Assembly: GCA_002269645.1 (NCBI GenBank)
Contig: NIVC01002320.1
Span: 1 to 64,000 of the forward strand
Source: Macrostomum lignano
Lineage: Eukaryota
Length of the DNA stretch: 64,000 nt
Direction: 5' to 3'
The notes under the pieces are model-generated. The model saw nothing but the letters and a program-made list of their open reading frames with translations, did not search any database and had not been told where the DNA came from. Position 1 is the stretch's first letter; the number at the start of each line of letters is the position of its first letter. The position numbers were made by a program, and so were the translations under genes. Shown one piece after another: positions 35,939-49,000 of the stretch.

Positions 35939-38900
35939 TTGCAGTCTCGGTGTTTCATAATAATCGCTATTTTCGTTCCAGGTAGACCTGCATAAGCTGA
36001 AGCATTCCATTTTTGAGAGCACCTTCAACGTTACTGTTGATAGGTCAATGAACCGAGCCAATTTGAGCTGTGTTTTGACTCAACCTGGACTTCCATCTTT
36101 AACGGAGCAGAGCTTCACCCAATTGATCACAGTATTTTGTAAGTTTACAGTATTCATTTTCATAGGGTTCATAAAGAGGTATACAATTTGTAAATGCGTG
36201 CGTATTTTTTGAGCCAATGGAAACATTTCCTGTCGCTTCGGAGGCTCTGGCCTGAAGCACTTCTTAACTCGTAGAGTGAAAAATAATATCGACCCAATCA
36301 TCCTACAGATCAGCCTCAGCCTCCACTCACCATCGACTTGGCTCAGACTGTCTACGAAGGCACCGACGTCATCTTCACGGTGCGGTCGGGCGCTGGAAAC
36401 CCCAGCGTCACCCACAGATGCCACGTGTACAACGGAAAAATAGTGAGCGCAATATTTGCCCATCAAATCACCTGACTTGCAGCTTTGATTTAACACAGAG
36501 TTGATCATTCCAGGAAGTTCAAAACAGCATGAAAATCGAGTCGGAGTACTTGACAATGGTGAACTATGCACCCAACAGTCATGACACATTTGTGAGCTGC
36601 ACGGCCGAGCAGAAGCACCGCTCTGATGTTGTGTTCACCAGCAGCATCAGAAGGAACATCACCGTCAATTGTGAGAAGTCAAATGCTATTTTATTAGCAT
36701 GCAGCCTGCCATTGACTTGAAAAACGGAGTATCCACTTTAACTTCAGACTTTGCGCACAACTCCATGGGCATCAGTCCGACAGACGGAGTTCTTGATGGA
36801 GATCGAGTCGAAGTGACGCTCAGATCTTATGGTGGCCGGCCTGCCGTCACGCGTCCTGAGTGTTCGCTTGGAGACTCTGAGCTGACTATGGAAAACGTAT
36901 GCTTTTTCATCACCTGAGTGCTTTTGAATTGACTGTAAACCTTCTTCAGGCATCCTAATTGATCAATTTGGGAATTTTTCTACAGGTAACAAGGCGTCCC
37001 ACCGAAGTGAAGTTCACGTTTCGTGCATCGAAAGAGCATGACGGCAAGGTGCTCGCCTGCAAATTCGTCCAGGATGAGCGACTGATTGAGTGGAAGAAAA
37101 CCAATCTCAGCGTTTTCTGTAGGAGAAAATGAACCAATATTTTTCACGTCTTTTCGCTTTTTGTTTGCAAATGCATGTACACTTCACATTCACTTTTCGT
37201 ACCTTTAGACAAAGCGGCTGTCGACTCTGAGGTGCAAACCTTAAAGAGAAAAGTCAGGTGGAACACGACAGTCCAGTTCAGCATCTCCTACTCTGATGTG
37301 GGAAACCCGTCCGCCAAGCACTTCTGCCGCATCGGCTCTCGGCCACTCACCGATCCTGAGGTGCGAAAATACTGACCCACATTTTTGTCTGCTTTATGTA
37401 AGGGACTGGGTAGTTGATATTGTAATGGGAAAGATCTGGTCAAAATACATTTCAGTCAGTTTCAACATTACAATCGGTTTGGAAGTTCAAGGCTCAAGTC
37501 GGAGACAACGGTCAGAAGATCGTCTGCCAGGTGGTGCAAGATGATCGACATGGCGGCCGAGTCTTTAACCAAACAGTTGCCAGCCAGACTCTGGATGTGC
37601 TCTGTAAAGATTTTGTTAATTTGCTGTATTCATTTCTCCAATAGAGCTTTGCCTAATTATTCCGATGTACTCAAGCACTTTGATTGTCACAAACGCACTG
37701 TTCACAATATCGTTTTTCTTGATTTCTCCATCTTTTCAGACCCAGTCAGCTACTCAGGATTTCTATCCCAGCCACCGTCGGTGACGGAGGGCGATCCCTT
37801 GGTTATTTCTTTCTTTTCAACTGGAGGAAACCCCGAGCCTCGTCACCGATGCTGGTTGCGGACACCTGAAGGTCGAATGGACGCAGTCGCTCTAACAGAG
37901 GCGAGGACAGGTGTGGACCTCGTGACGAACTTCAGTGTGACTTCCGTAAAGCAGATGAATGGAGGATCTGTGGTTTGCCGCGTCTCTCAGATGGGCCTCG
38001 AGGACCTGGACAAGGCGTTCTCCCAGAACATCACTGTTTTCTGTGAGTTCTCTGTCGCGACTGCTGCAACTTTTATCAATATAAAATCTAATAGAGGCTT
38101 GCAGTGCGTTCGTTTTTCCGTTCCAGTCCGATCGGAGGTGGATCTGACCGGCTCAAGGATTTCAGGATCCATTGTGCTCGTCAGCATCAATGTGACGGAC
38201 GGAAACCCGACACCGCTGGTGAACTGCTCGCTGCTCTCAAGCTCTGGAACTCGACATGTGGGTTCTCAGTGTGCACAGTTGCTCCGCTTCTATTTACATT
38301 GAGTAGCTTTAATGCAGCTGAACCCGTCATTTTAGGAGGTTGCCAGGAAGGACTCGACATAGCTGAGAGTCGGACTCCATGAGATAAAAGTCGATCTGCT
38401 TTCAAGAGACCAGCGTCAGTCAGCCAACGTCACGTGTTCTGTAAAGCAAGACTATGCGGGTTTCAAAAACAGCAGCCTTGTCTTTTTGGCACTCAAATCT
38501 GACGAGAGTTTTCAAGCTAGCGACCAAGAAAGTGAGCAAGTCTGTGTAGTCCAGCTTAGCTGCATTAATAAACTATTGTCTTTTAAGTTAATCGTATTGT
38601 AATGTCTTATCATATTGCTACTATTGTATTATCGCTACAAAAACTGATCAATGCAGACCATGGGAGCCTCAGCTGGAATCAAATGTTCCAAATTCTCTGT
38701 CTGTGCGCAGTGGTTGCCGTCGCTATCTTTCTTTCTCTGCCTGCCACAGTCTACGTCTGGAGGCGAACTGCATCGCCTCGGTTGGCAATTCAGCGGCAGC
38801 ACGGAGCAGCCACAGACAGGAGACCAGCTGACGTACCTCTGGTCCCTGTGACTGCTGCTGAGCGAGATCCCAATGTAATATTGCTTTTCAGAATTGCTTG

Positions 38901-41900
38901 CTCATTTTGCTGTTTAATCTGTGTGTGAGGCTGACAATCTGCGGCACTTTTCAGACCGTCTACTACTATGAGGAGAACCCGGCGCTTCCGGATCGGCCTC
39001 CAAGCGTTGAGGAGACGGACTCAAATGTAAGTCTATTGTCTGCATCGTTGCCAGATGCTCTCAGTGCATGCTCACTGCAGGATTCAGTTCCGCTCATTGC
39101 AGATGGTGCACTGTTCTGAGGAGGAGCAGACGGCTCAGGGAGCCATCGAATTCTACGTGCAGTGAAAGTGATTTGCAAGTTCGAGTTTCGCTACTCAGAC
39201 TCTTGGAGAAACCAAAACTGCATATATGAGAGCATTGGCTGACTGAGCTTGCCTATATAGGCTCTGTTGCGTCGTTTGAAAGTACAACTGAGTGGCACAA
39301 AGATTTGGTAGAATAAACAAAGTCTCGGTTTCGATATATTATTTTTAAACGATGCTATCAAAAACGATGCACAATAATGGTTATTAATCTGGAATTGGAG
39401 TGGCGTTGGGCACGGGGCACAAAATGGGGTGGTGGGCTCACAAGGATGTACAATCAATAATTCAATAGTTAATTAGTTCACGCACGCATTGGCGGTTAGC
39501 GTAAAATTTTAAAACAAGCCACAGGTACAGCGACAGACCCAGCGTTGCCTCAGACTCAGTGCATGCTTTCAAGGTTCCTGTGTATAAGACTGGCAATGCT
39601 TTCCTTGCAGCTCGTATTTTGATTTTGCTTTTGGTCTTGCCGAATAACATTCTTTTAACAATAACTCGATTAACTTGAGAATCACAGATGCCTCTGCTAC
39701 AAATTAGCTATTAGAGCAGTCAAAATGCTAACAAGTACACGAGACTGATTTGCATAATTTTTGTTTTTCAAGAAACGGCCGTCAAGTTGCGATCCTCCAG
39801 TCTTTCTCGTCTGGCAGTCGGGATTGAAGCTTTTCTGGCCTGACTCAATGAGACAATGCCTGACAGAGCAACTTTGGAAGGCTTGCAGAAGGATTTAAAT
39901 CACTTTTATAAGCCTTGGGTTTCTTTTTGTAGCCATTGGTGTTTGATGAGTGTCATTGAAATAACCTTTTCTACAGATCTAGTGCATATATTTGACATTT
40001 TAATCCGGTTTGAAGGCTCTCTAACTCACAGTATCAGTTTACTACTTAAAATGCTGTCTTCTTTGCATGATATTTTTGTAACAGGGTCTATGAAAGTTCA
40101 GCATGTGATCTACTGACCCATTACTTTATTAGTCACTCAGGAGCTGCACTTCAGTGTGTATCTCTTGCAAAGTGGAACTTGTGTTTGGCATCGGAATAAA
40201 CAGATGCACCACCTCATCTCCTCTGCTTTAGCCGCTCGAAAACAATGTTTTATCAAGATTACACACTTTGGCACCTACACATTGGCATTGAAGCGTGCAG
40301 TAGCGTGCAGTAGAAGTGTGCCGTCAGCCTAGTGCACTTGTCTGTGCTTAGAGTGACTGATTTTCTCTTCTTGGTTCGACAACTTGAATAGTTTATAATT
40401 CCATTTTGCAGGCTTCTCCGTTATGCCGTAAAGACGGTCTCTGATGAGAATGTCACCGAAGGTGTACTCGACCCGGAGGGTTGTGGTTCGGGCTGGGACT
40501 TCTGGCCGGCGATCTTGTATCCCGTATTTCAGGAAGAGTACCGCGCTCTGTGCTGCTTTGAGCTGCCATTGCGCTAGGTGAACCTACTCCAAAGACTACT
40601 CAAGTAGGACGGGAAACCTCGTTTCTTGGAAAATTTTAGGAGCCAGGTTTTCCCGAAAAAATACACTACGGAGATGGGAAGATCCTATCTTTCGATAGGA
40701 GGCAGACCTAATGTTCATTTTTTATGTTCTGCCTTTCTTATAGCTCTATTGATATTCATAAAGCTTTTCGTTCAGAAAATTAGGATTCTATGTTAATCTT
40801 TTATTCTGCGTACATTCCCTGTACCTAAAAATCATAAAAATGCATGGCACAGCTCCACTCATTGGTTCTATGAATCTGTTTTATTATCTCTGTTACACGC
40901 ATTGTTACACGGTCAGCTAAGTGTTACAAAATAGATTAAAAAACCAATGAACCGAACCGCGCCATTCAAATGGTTTTCAGGCACAGGACATGTGCAATTG
41001 TACGTAGAATAAGAAATTATAAACATAGAATCCTAATTCTCTCAATGAAAAGCTTATCCTAGGCTTTGGAGATGTGTTCGGCGCCGGAGTGAAAGGCTCT
41101 CACCTGTTTGCGGCACAGCCCGGTGGTGCAATTGCTCTCCCAGTTGCCCATATAGCGACCCTGCCTGAAGGGTAGTTTAGGCCAGCGGATGACGGTCTCT
41201 GAGGAGGCCGACCTGGTCCACTAAAAGCGGGTTGGCGGAGCCATACCAATTGCAAGAAATAAAGAGCTTCGCAGTTAGGATCACCCAGAATCTCTCGCCC
41301 CTGATGGCGCCCAATCTTTGCCTCTTATGGCTATGGCTCACCCCTGCCTATCCAAAATTACTGCTATCTTTGTGATGCAGCCCAAGCTTTGTGCTACGCA
41401 AAGGGGGATTCCAGTTTTTAGGTGGCCCTGGTCCAGTACCCATGGGGAACTCAACCCACTATTCAAAAGGCAGAGCCAAATCCGTGCTTAGGCGACCCCG
41501 TTTAACAACAACAGCGGGGCCTGTGAAAGTTCAGCGGTTGGATCTGCTGACCCGATACTGTATTAGTGCACTTCAGCGTTTTTCTCTTGCAAAGTGGAAC
41601 TTGTGTTTGGCATCGGAATAAACTTTTTACAGATGCGAGATTCTGCACCACCTCGTATCCTCTGCTTTAGCCGCTCGAAAACAATGTTTTATCAAGATTA
41701 GACTCTGCGAAACCAACGCATTGGCATTGAAGCAGTGTGCAGTCAGCATAGTGCACTTCTTTGTCCTTGGAGCAACTGATTTTTCTTCTTGGTTAGACGA
41801 CTTGAATAGTTTATAATTCCATTCTGCAGGCTTCTCCGTTATGACTTCACTGATAACTTTGATAACCCTTACCAACTAAATTTCATCTAAACCTGCATCT

Positions 41901-43034
41901 CTGACTTGCGTGTTCACTGGCCTTCAGCCTTTGGACCTTCAACTGCTATTTGAAGTTTAATAGAGTTCTGTCCAATTGCTGGTTGGACAAATAACCGAAG
42001 ACGGAAGTTAATGACCAACACATACCAGAGACTGAAATTACTCGTAGCAGCACGGGACAGTGAATTTGAAACAATTGGCAGATGGCTGCCCGAGGCGTCT
42101 TAAGAGCGAGGCTATTTTTAGAGACAGAACTGGACCTCTTCGTACACCACGCGCGCTGAGAAGCCTAAATTATCGATCGTGCAACTGTTTGCGAAAGCGT
42201 TCAACGCACACAAGCGCAACAGATTAAGCGGCCCAATTGGGGAGCCACCGCACGCAAAATTACACAGACAGACGATACGATCATTTATCTGACAAGTTAT
42301 TTCAGACGCAGAATCTCGGTATAGCAGTTCCTTCTACTGGAAGTAATAAATTCGGAGTATACTTGTAGATTCTGAATGACGTGCAGCGTTTAATTTGTCA
42401 CAGATAAATTTTGAGTTCGAAAATGGAAATCAAAAATCATTGGCCCGCACAGTCGCTGCCATGTTCTGCGAGCCTCATCAAGCAACAGGCTTCACCCCAG
42501 GCACCCAAGCCAGCAGACGGGAGCATCCGGCCACCAGACTTTTGCGCTGATGGCGGGATTCAATACCGAATCACAGGCGATTACTTCTGATAAAAATGAT
42601 CAATGCTAAAATAATAAAGAAACTACTATTCATATTGCAATCAGCACAATGAACTATGGAATATATAAAACAGTATATTATGCAATTTCCAATCGTGCAG
42701 CACACTCAAATCTCATCTCGAAATTTTAAAAACTTTTCATTCACGCGATGAATTTCGATGTCGCACTCCGTAGCTCTATATAGTACTCATAGTAGCTATT
42801 TAACTTGATTTGTTGGTTTTGTCGAAAATGTATATAAATCGCACTTGTGTTCCACCAATGAAAATGAGATTAGCGGTATCAAGACGTTAATCTTCACCAA
42901 ACACGTGCAGTTTTACCCAGGAGAGAAATTTCGCAACTTCATCAGTTTTCACTCCAAAGCACTGCTGCTGCTGCTGCTGCTGCTGTTTCAGTTGCCAAGG
43001 AAACACTGAAAGCTGCTCTTCCTCATCAGCTGTC

Positions 43035-46000
43035 ATGGCGCAGCTCTTGGCGCTGTGCGCTCTGTGTGCAGCTCTTTGTGCTCTTGGAGGCGGTGAGTTG
43101 TCTGTCTGCCTTCAATGTCAGATATATTGTAAGCCTTCATCACTCATGTGAAGCCCCTGCTCTCCTACAGCGGCGAGCTCCATCAAGTTCAACATCACGA
43201 CAACAAACATCGCGGCTTCCTGGCAGTCGTCAGAATACTTCAACAGGTGCTTCGGAGACACGGCTGTTCTTGAGCAGTGGGATTACTTTCACACGACGGG
43301 CACCCCAGACTCTCATGGAAACCAGTGGCTGCTCATTAAGCTGTTCCGTGCAATCCGTGTGCAATCAGTCACTGTCTATGGCAGGGCAGCAGGTGAGTTG
43401 TCTTGTTCACACTTCTGTCTCTTCCGCTTCACTTCTTTCTTACTTCTCTTCTCACTGCAGAGCCCAGCAGAGCACAGAACATCGAGATTCTGCTGAGTGA
43501 CAGACTGCCACCGGGTCTGAATGCGAGCAATGGCAGTTGCTATGGGACTCTATCCGATAGCTTGAGCTCGCTCACTCAGTGCGGAGTCACCCAGAGTGAG
43601 CAGACTCAGACTCACAAGGTGGCCTGCAGCTACTTTGGCTGCCCGAATGTAGGTTCATATACTCTGTTGTTTCTGAGTGCAAATAGGTGTAAATAGGTGC
43701 AAATAGGTGCAAATAGGTGCAAATAGGTGCAAATAGGTGCAAATAGGTGCGATTAGGAGGTGCAAAGAGGTGCGATAAGAAGGTGCAAATAGGTGAAAAT
43801 AGGTGCAAATAGGTGGAAATAGAAGGTGCAAATAGGTGCAAATAGGTGCAAATAGGTGCAAATAGAAGGTGCAAATAGGTGCAAATAGGTGCAAATAGGT
43901 GCAAATAGGTGCAAATAGGTGCGATTAGGAGGTGCAAATAGGTGCAAATAGGTGAAAATAAATGCAAATAGGTGCAAAAAGGAGGTGCAAATAGGTACAA
44001 ATTGGTGCAAACTGATACAAATAGGTGTAAATAGGTGCAAATAGGTGCAGGTGCAAATAGGTGTGATTAAAGGTGCAAATAGGTGCAAATAGGTGAAAAT
44101 AAATGCAAATAGGTGCAAAAAGGAGGTGCAAATAGGTGCAAATGGGTGCAAATAGGTGCAAATAGGTGCAAATAGGTGCAAATAGGTGCAAATAGGTGCA
44201 AATAGGTGCAAATAGGTGCAAATAGGCGCAAATAGGTGCAAATAGGTGCAAATAGGTGCGATTAGGAGGTGCAAATAGGTGCGATTAGAAGGTGCAAATA
44301 GGTGCGATTAGAAGGTGCAAATAGGTGCAAATAGGTGCAAATAGCTGCAAATAAATGGGTAAATCACACGAAATTTCAGGTGACTGAGTACATCTTGCTA
44401 AGGAAGAACGTTCGAAACGAATCTGATAAGTACATGAACTTTCAAGCTCTGGAAGTCGAAGAGGGTACGACTGTAGTTGAATAAAGCTTAATTAAGTCTT
44501 CATGGGACATTGTTGACTCTAAACAGACTTTCTCTCTTTCAGCATCTCAGAATGCGCAGATTTATAGGTGTGAAGTGTCTGGCAGACACCTCAGTAACTG
44601 CAGACTCAATGCTTTGCAAACTTTGAAAAATGGCGACAGAGCTTATATGAAAGTCTGCCCATCATGTCAGCTTCCGACAACTGATGCAGCATCTTGTCAC
44701 ATTGCTGCTCCAAGTGGCAATATCACACAGCTGAGAGTTGTGAGCTCACGGATGAATTTATTTCTTTTAAAATGATTTTCACGGACTATTTGACTAAATA
44801 ATAGGAATAAGTGAAATGAGCAATGATGAATGTTAACACTTTATTTTTTATACGATTGTAGCCAGTTCCTTAAAGTTCTTTCACCATTTTCAGAATGGGC
44901 ACCAAGACTCCAATTTAATTGTAATCAGCTTTAATTGCTTGAGCGAGTTGCCTCAGTCAGCAACTGAACCAATCGGTTTCTTTGGTATGCAGCTTTTGTG
45001 TGTACTTTTTACCTTAGACAGGTGAATTCAAATGAAACTTATAGATTTGTAGAGCAACCTGGTACTGTTCAAACTGTTGTAATCTAGGATATTGGTATTT
45101 TGCTAGCAGCCTAGCATTAGATCCAGTACAAATGGCAGCCTAGCAGCAGGTGCAGTACAAATGGCAGCCTAGCAGCAGGTGCAGTACAAATGGCAGCCTA
45201 GCAGCAGGTGCAGTACAAACGGCTGAGCTCATTTTCTGTTGCAGAGGAGAAGCCCAGAAGTGTCAGCATTGAGCCCAGCAACTGGGTCCAGATTGGATCA
45301 AGAATTTTTCTGGCTTCAGGCATGGAGTTCCACTTCAGCTTCATCACAGAAGCTGCGTACCCAAGTCCCATCCATGCTTGCAGGCTCGTGAAAACTGCTG
45401 AGCAGGAAACTACAGAAGATACTTCAGGTGTTCTACTGCGTCCTTTCACAGAGGTGAGAAAATCCTGTGCAATCTTAATACCTTCATTCCCCATTCTGAT
45501 ATTCTTTCATCAAATGCTTTTTCAGAGATCTCTCACTGACGCATCATCGAACAAAAGCCATGTAATTACCAAGATCTCTGAGTATAGACTCAACATTGGC
45601 GCACACAATGCAGTTGAGAAAAAAATACAGTGCGTGTCAGCTGTCGGTGAAAGCAGTGAAAAATCGGTGAAATCAATTTCGCTGCCTGAGCTGGTAGGTA
45701 AGCAACAATATATTTGCGCCTTTTGGGAGAGTACTGGCAGGTATGATACCTGGAATTTCTCATATTAGATGAAGTTGAGCTGTATTGAAACGATAAAAAC
45801 TGCAGTTCCAAGCAAGCCGGAGTTTCTGCTACCGCCAATCACGGATTGGAAAGACGGCCACTCCGTCTCAGTTGCTGTCGACTCAACAACAGACAGCCCT
45901 GTTCCAACCAGCCACCGCTGCTTGCTGGAGACTCGAGACGGCAACAGAAGTCTCAACGCTACTCAAGTGAGTCTTGCTTTCATTTCATGCCGTCGTAATG

Positions 46001-49000
46001 TCGGTTTAAATTATAATTTACAATTGCAAAAAATTGAATGATTTTCATCTAACATCAAATATTTCCTTCATGCGCCTGAAAAAAGCATTTAGCGTTCTGA
46101 GCATGAGCAGGCTTTGTTTCTCATTGAAATTTTAAAACTATTCTTAAGCTCAGAATGGACACCGTGCTCATAAAAAATATGAAATTTCTAAATTGCTACA
46201 AATTTCGGTTCGTTCTCTTACATACATGTCCATACACAGGACTTACGTATTCTCGCATGGTAGAGACTTCTCAAATCGAAATTCCAGGGTACAAATCAAC
46301 TCAGCACATTCAAAATCAATATTGATAGAACCTGGGGCAGCCCAGCCTCTCTGGTCTGTTTGGTAAATCAATCTGGGCTGATCCAGACATGGACTCGACG
46401 TCGGCTACCGAAGGTGCTCTGTGAGTCTCTGATGCCATGACTTTCTTCACAAGCCTATTTCTGCATTTGAAGATTAAGTCACGATTGCATTTTCGAATTC
46501 AGACAAGGCCGAAGGGCTGGCCATCCGTATTTCGTCTGGAGACCTGGTGACTGATGAAGAAGCCAGCTTCTCAGTGACTGCATCTGACTCAGGATACCCA
46601 GCGGCTCTGCACCAGTGCAGAATCGATAGCAAGAGCCTCGGAGAAGACAAGGTATGAGGCTGATGCAATTGCTCATTCAGAGTTCCCAACCAGCATTTCA
46701 ATGCTACAATTTCGGCTGACCATTCCGCAGACTGCAGAGTCAGACGGCTCAAGTCACTGGAGATTCACGCCTCAGCGAGGGCACAACGGTGAACAAATCA
46801 GATGCGATGTGGTGCAGAAACTGAGTGGCTCTTTGATATTCAGTCAGACTGTAAACAACTCTAATCTGGAGGTTAAATGTGAGGCTCATGCTTTATTATG
46901 CTGCATGCTGTGATCCCAATCGATGCAGTAGGGCTGCTTGCACTTCAGACAGGGCAATCGTCACGTGGCCCAGCAAAATCGCTCCGAAAAAGAAAGGCGA
47001 GGCTCTGTCATTCGTTGTGCTCGCAGACGGCAACCCAGAGCCCAGCAGTCAGTGCTGGCTGCAGCTGGTTTCTGGCTCACAGGTGAGTCTTTGATTTGGG
47101 ATGATGCTGGTTTCTGGCTCACAGGTGAGTCTTTGATTTGGGAGTGATGCTGGTTTCTGGCTCACAGGTGAGTCTTTGATTTGGGAGTGATGCTGGTTTC
47201 TGGCTCACAGGTGAGTCTTTGATTTGGGAGTGATGCTGGTTTCTGGCTCACAGGTGAGTCTTTGATTTGGGAGTGATGCTGGTATCTGGCTCACAGGTGA
47301 GTGTTTGATTTGGGATGATGCTGGTTTTTGCTGACAGGTGAGTCTTTGATTTGGGAGTGATGCTGGTTTCTGGCTCACAGGTGAGTCTTTGATTTGGGAG
47401 TAATGCTGGTCTCTGGCTCACAGGTGAGTCTTTGATTTGGGAGTGATGCTGGTTTCTGGCGCACAGGTGAGTCTTTGATTTGGGATGATGCTGGTTTCTG
47501 GCTCACAGGTGAGTCTTTGATTTGGGAGTGATGCTGGTTTCTGGCTCACAGGTGAGTCTTTGATTTGGGAGTGATGCTGGTTTCTGGCTCACAGGTGAGT
47601 CTTTGATTTGGGAGTGATGCTGGTTTCTGGCTCACAGGTGAGTCTTTGATTTGGGAGTAATGCTGGTCTCTGGCTCACAGGTGAGTCTTTGATTTGGGAG
47701 TGATGCTGGTATCTGGCTCACAGGTGAGTCTTTGATTTGGGATGATGCTGGTTTCTGGCTCACAGGTGAGTCTTTGATTTGGGAGTGATGCTGGTCTCTG
47801 GCTCGCAGGTGAGTCTTTGATTTGGGAGTGATGCTGGTCTCTGGCTCGCAGGTGAGTCTTTGATTTGGGAGTGATGAGTGATGCTGGTTTTTGGCTCACA
47901 GGTGAGTCTTTGATTTGGGAGTGATGCTGGTCTCTGGCTCGCAGGTGAGTCTTTGATTTGGGAGTGATGCTGGTTTCTGGCTCACAGGTGAGTCTTTGAT
48001 TTGGGATGATGCTGGTTTCTGGCGCACAGGTGAGTCTTTGATTTGGGAGTGATGCTGGTTTCTGGCTCACAGGTGAGTCTTTGATTTGGGATGATGCTGG
48101 TTTTTGGCTCACAGGTGAGTCTTTGATTTGGGAGTGATGCTGGTTTCTGGCGCACAGGTGAGTCTTTGATTTGGGATGATGCTGGTTTCTGGCTCACAGG
48201 TGAGTCTTTGATTTGGGAGTGATGCTGGTTTCTGGCTCACAGGTGAGTCTTTGATTTGGGATGATGCTGGTTTTTGGCTCACAAGTGAGTCTTTGATTTG
48301 GGAGTGATGCTGGTTTCTGGCTCACAGGTGAGTCTTTGATTTGGGATGATGCTGGTTTTTGGCTCACAAGTGAGTCTTTGATTTGGGAGTGATGAGTGAT
48401 GCTGGTTTCTGGCTCACAGGTGAGTCTTTGATTTGGGAGTGATGCTGGTTTCTGGCTCACAGGTGAGTCTTTGATTTAGGATGATACTGGTTTCTGGCTC
48501 ACAGGTGAGTCTTTTATTTGGGAGTGATGAGTGATGCTGGTTTCTGGCTCACAGGTGAGTCTTTGATTTGGGAGTGATGCTGGTCTCTGGCTCACAGGTG
48601 AGTCTTCAATTTGGGATGATGCTGGTTTCTGGATCACAGGTGAGTCTTTGATTTGGGAGTGATGCTGGTTTCTGGCTCACAGGTGAGTCTTTGATTTGGG
48701 AGTGATGCTGGTTTCTGGCTCACAGGTGAGTCTTTGATTTGGGAGTGATGCTGGTTTCTGGCTCACAGGTGAGTCTTCAATTTGGGATGATGCTGGTTTC
48801 TGGATCACAGGTGAGTCTTTGATTTGGGAGTGATGCTGGTTTCTGGCTCACAGGTGAGTCTTTGATTTGGGAGTGATGCTGGTTTCTGGCTCACAGGTGA
48901 GTCTTTGATTTGGGAGTGATGCTGGTTTCTGGCTCACAGGTGAGTCTTTGATTTGGGAGTGATGCTGGTTTCTGGCTCACAGGTGAGTCTTTGATTTGGG

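Larger units (their letters stand above)
31598..39165 (+). pseudogene. F-type-lectin/10xIg receptor, copy 3 (TAG in exon 22 before the TM; pseudogene, secreted form, or rescued by exon skipping)
   Basis: Exons 31598-31655, 31734-31955, 32022-32237, 32506-32702, 32857-32989, 33279-33487, 33560-33734, 33828-33988, 34290-34449, 34532-34680, 34779-34926, 34997-35130, 35982-36138, 36309-36442, 36514-36670, 36748-36896, 36986-37118, 37209-37360, 37456-37603, 37740-38042, 38127-38257, 38336-38531, 38657-38874, 38955-39026, 39103-39165. In-frame TAG at 38360-38362 where copies 1 and 4 have ATG and copy 2 has TTG. AATAAA at 39312-39317. Confidence 0.75.
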
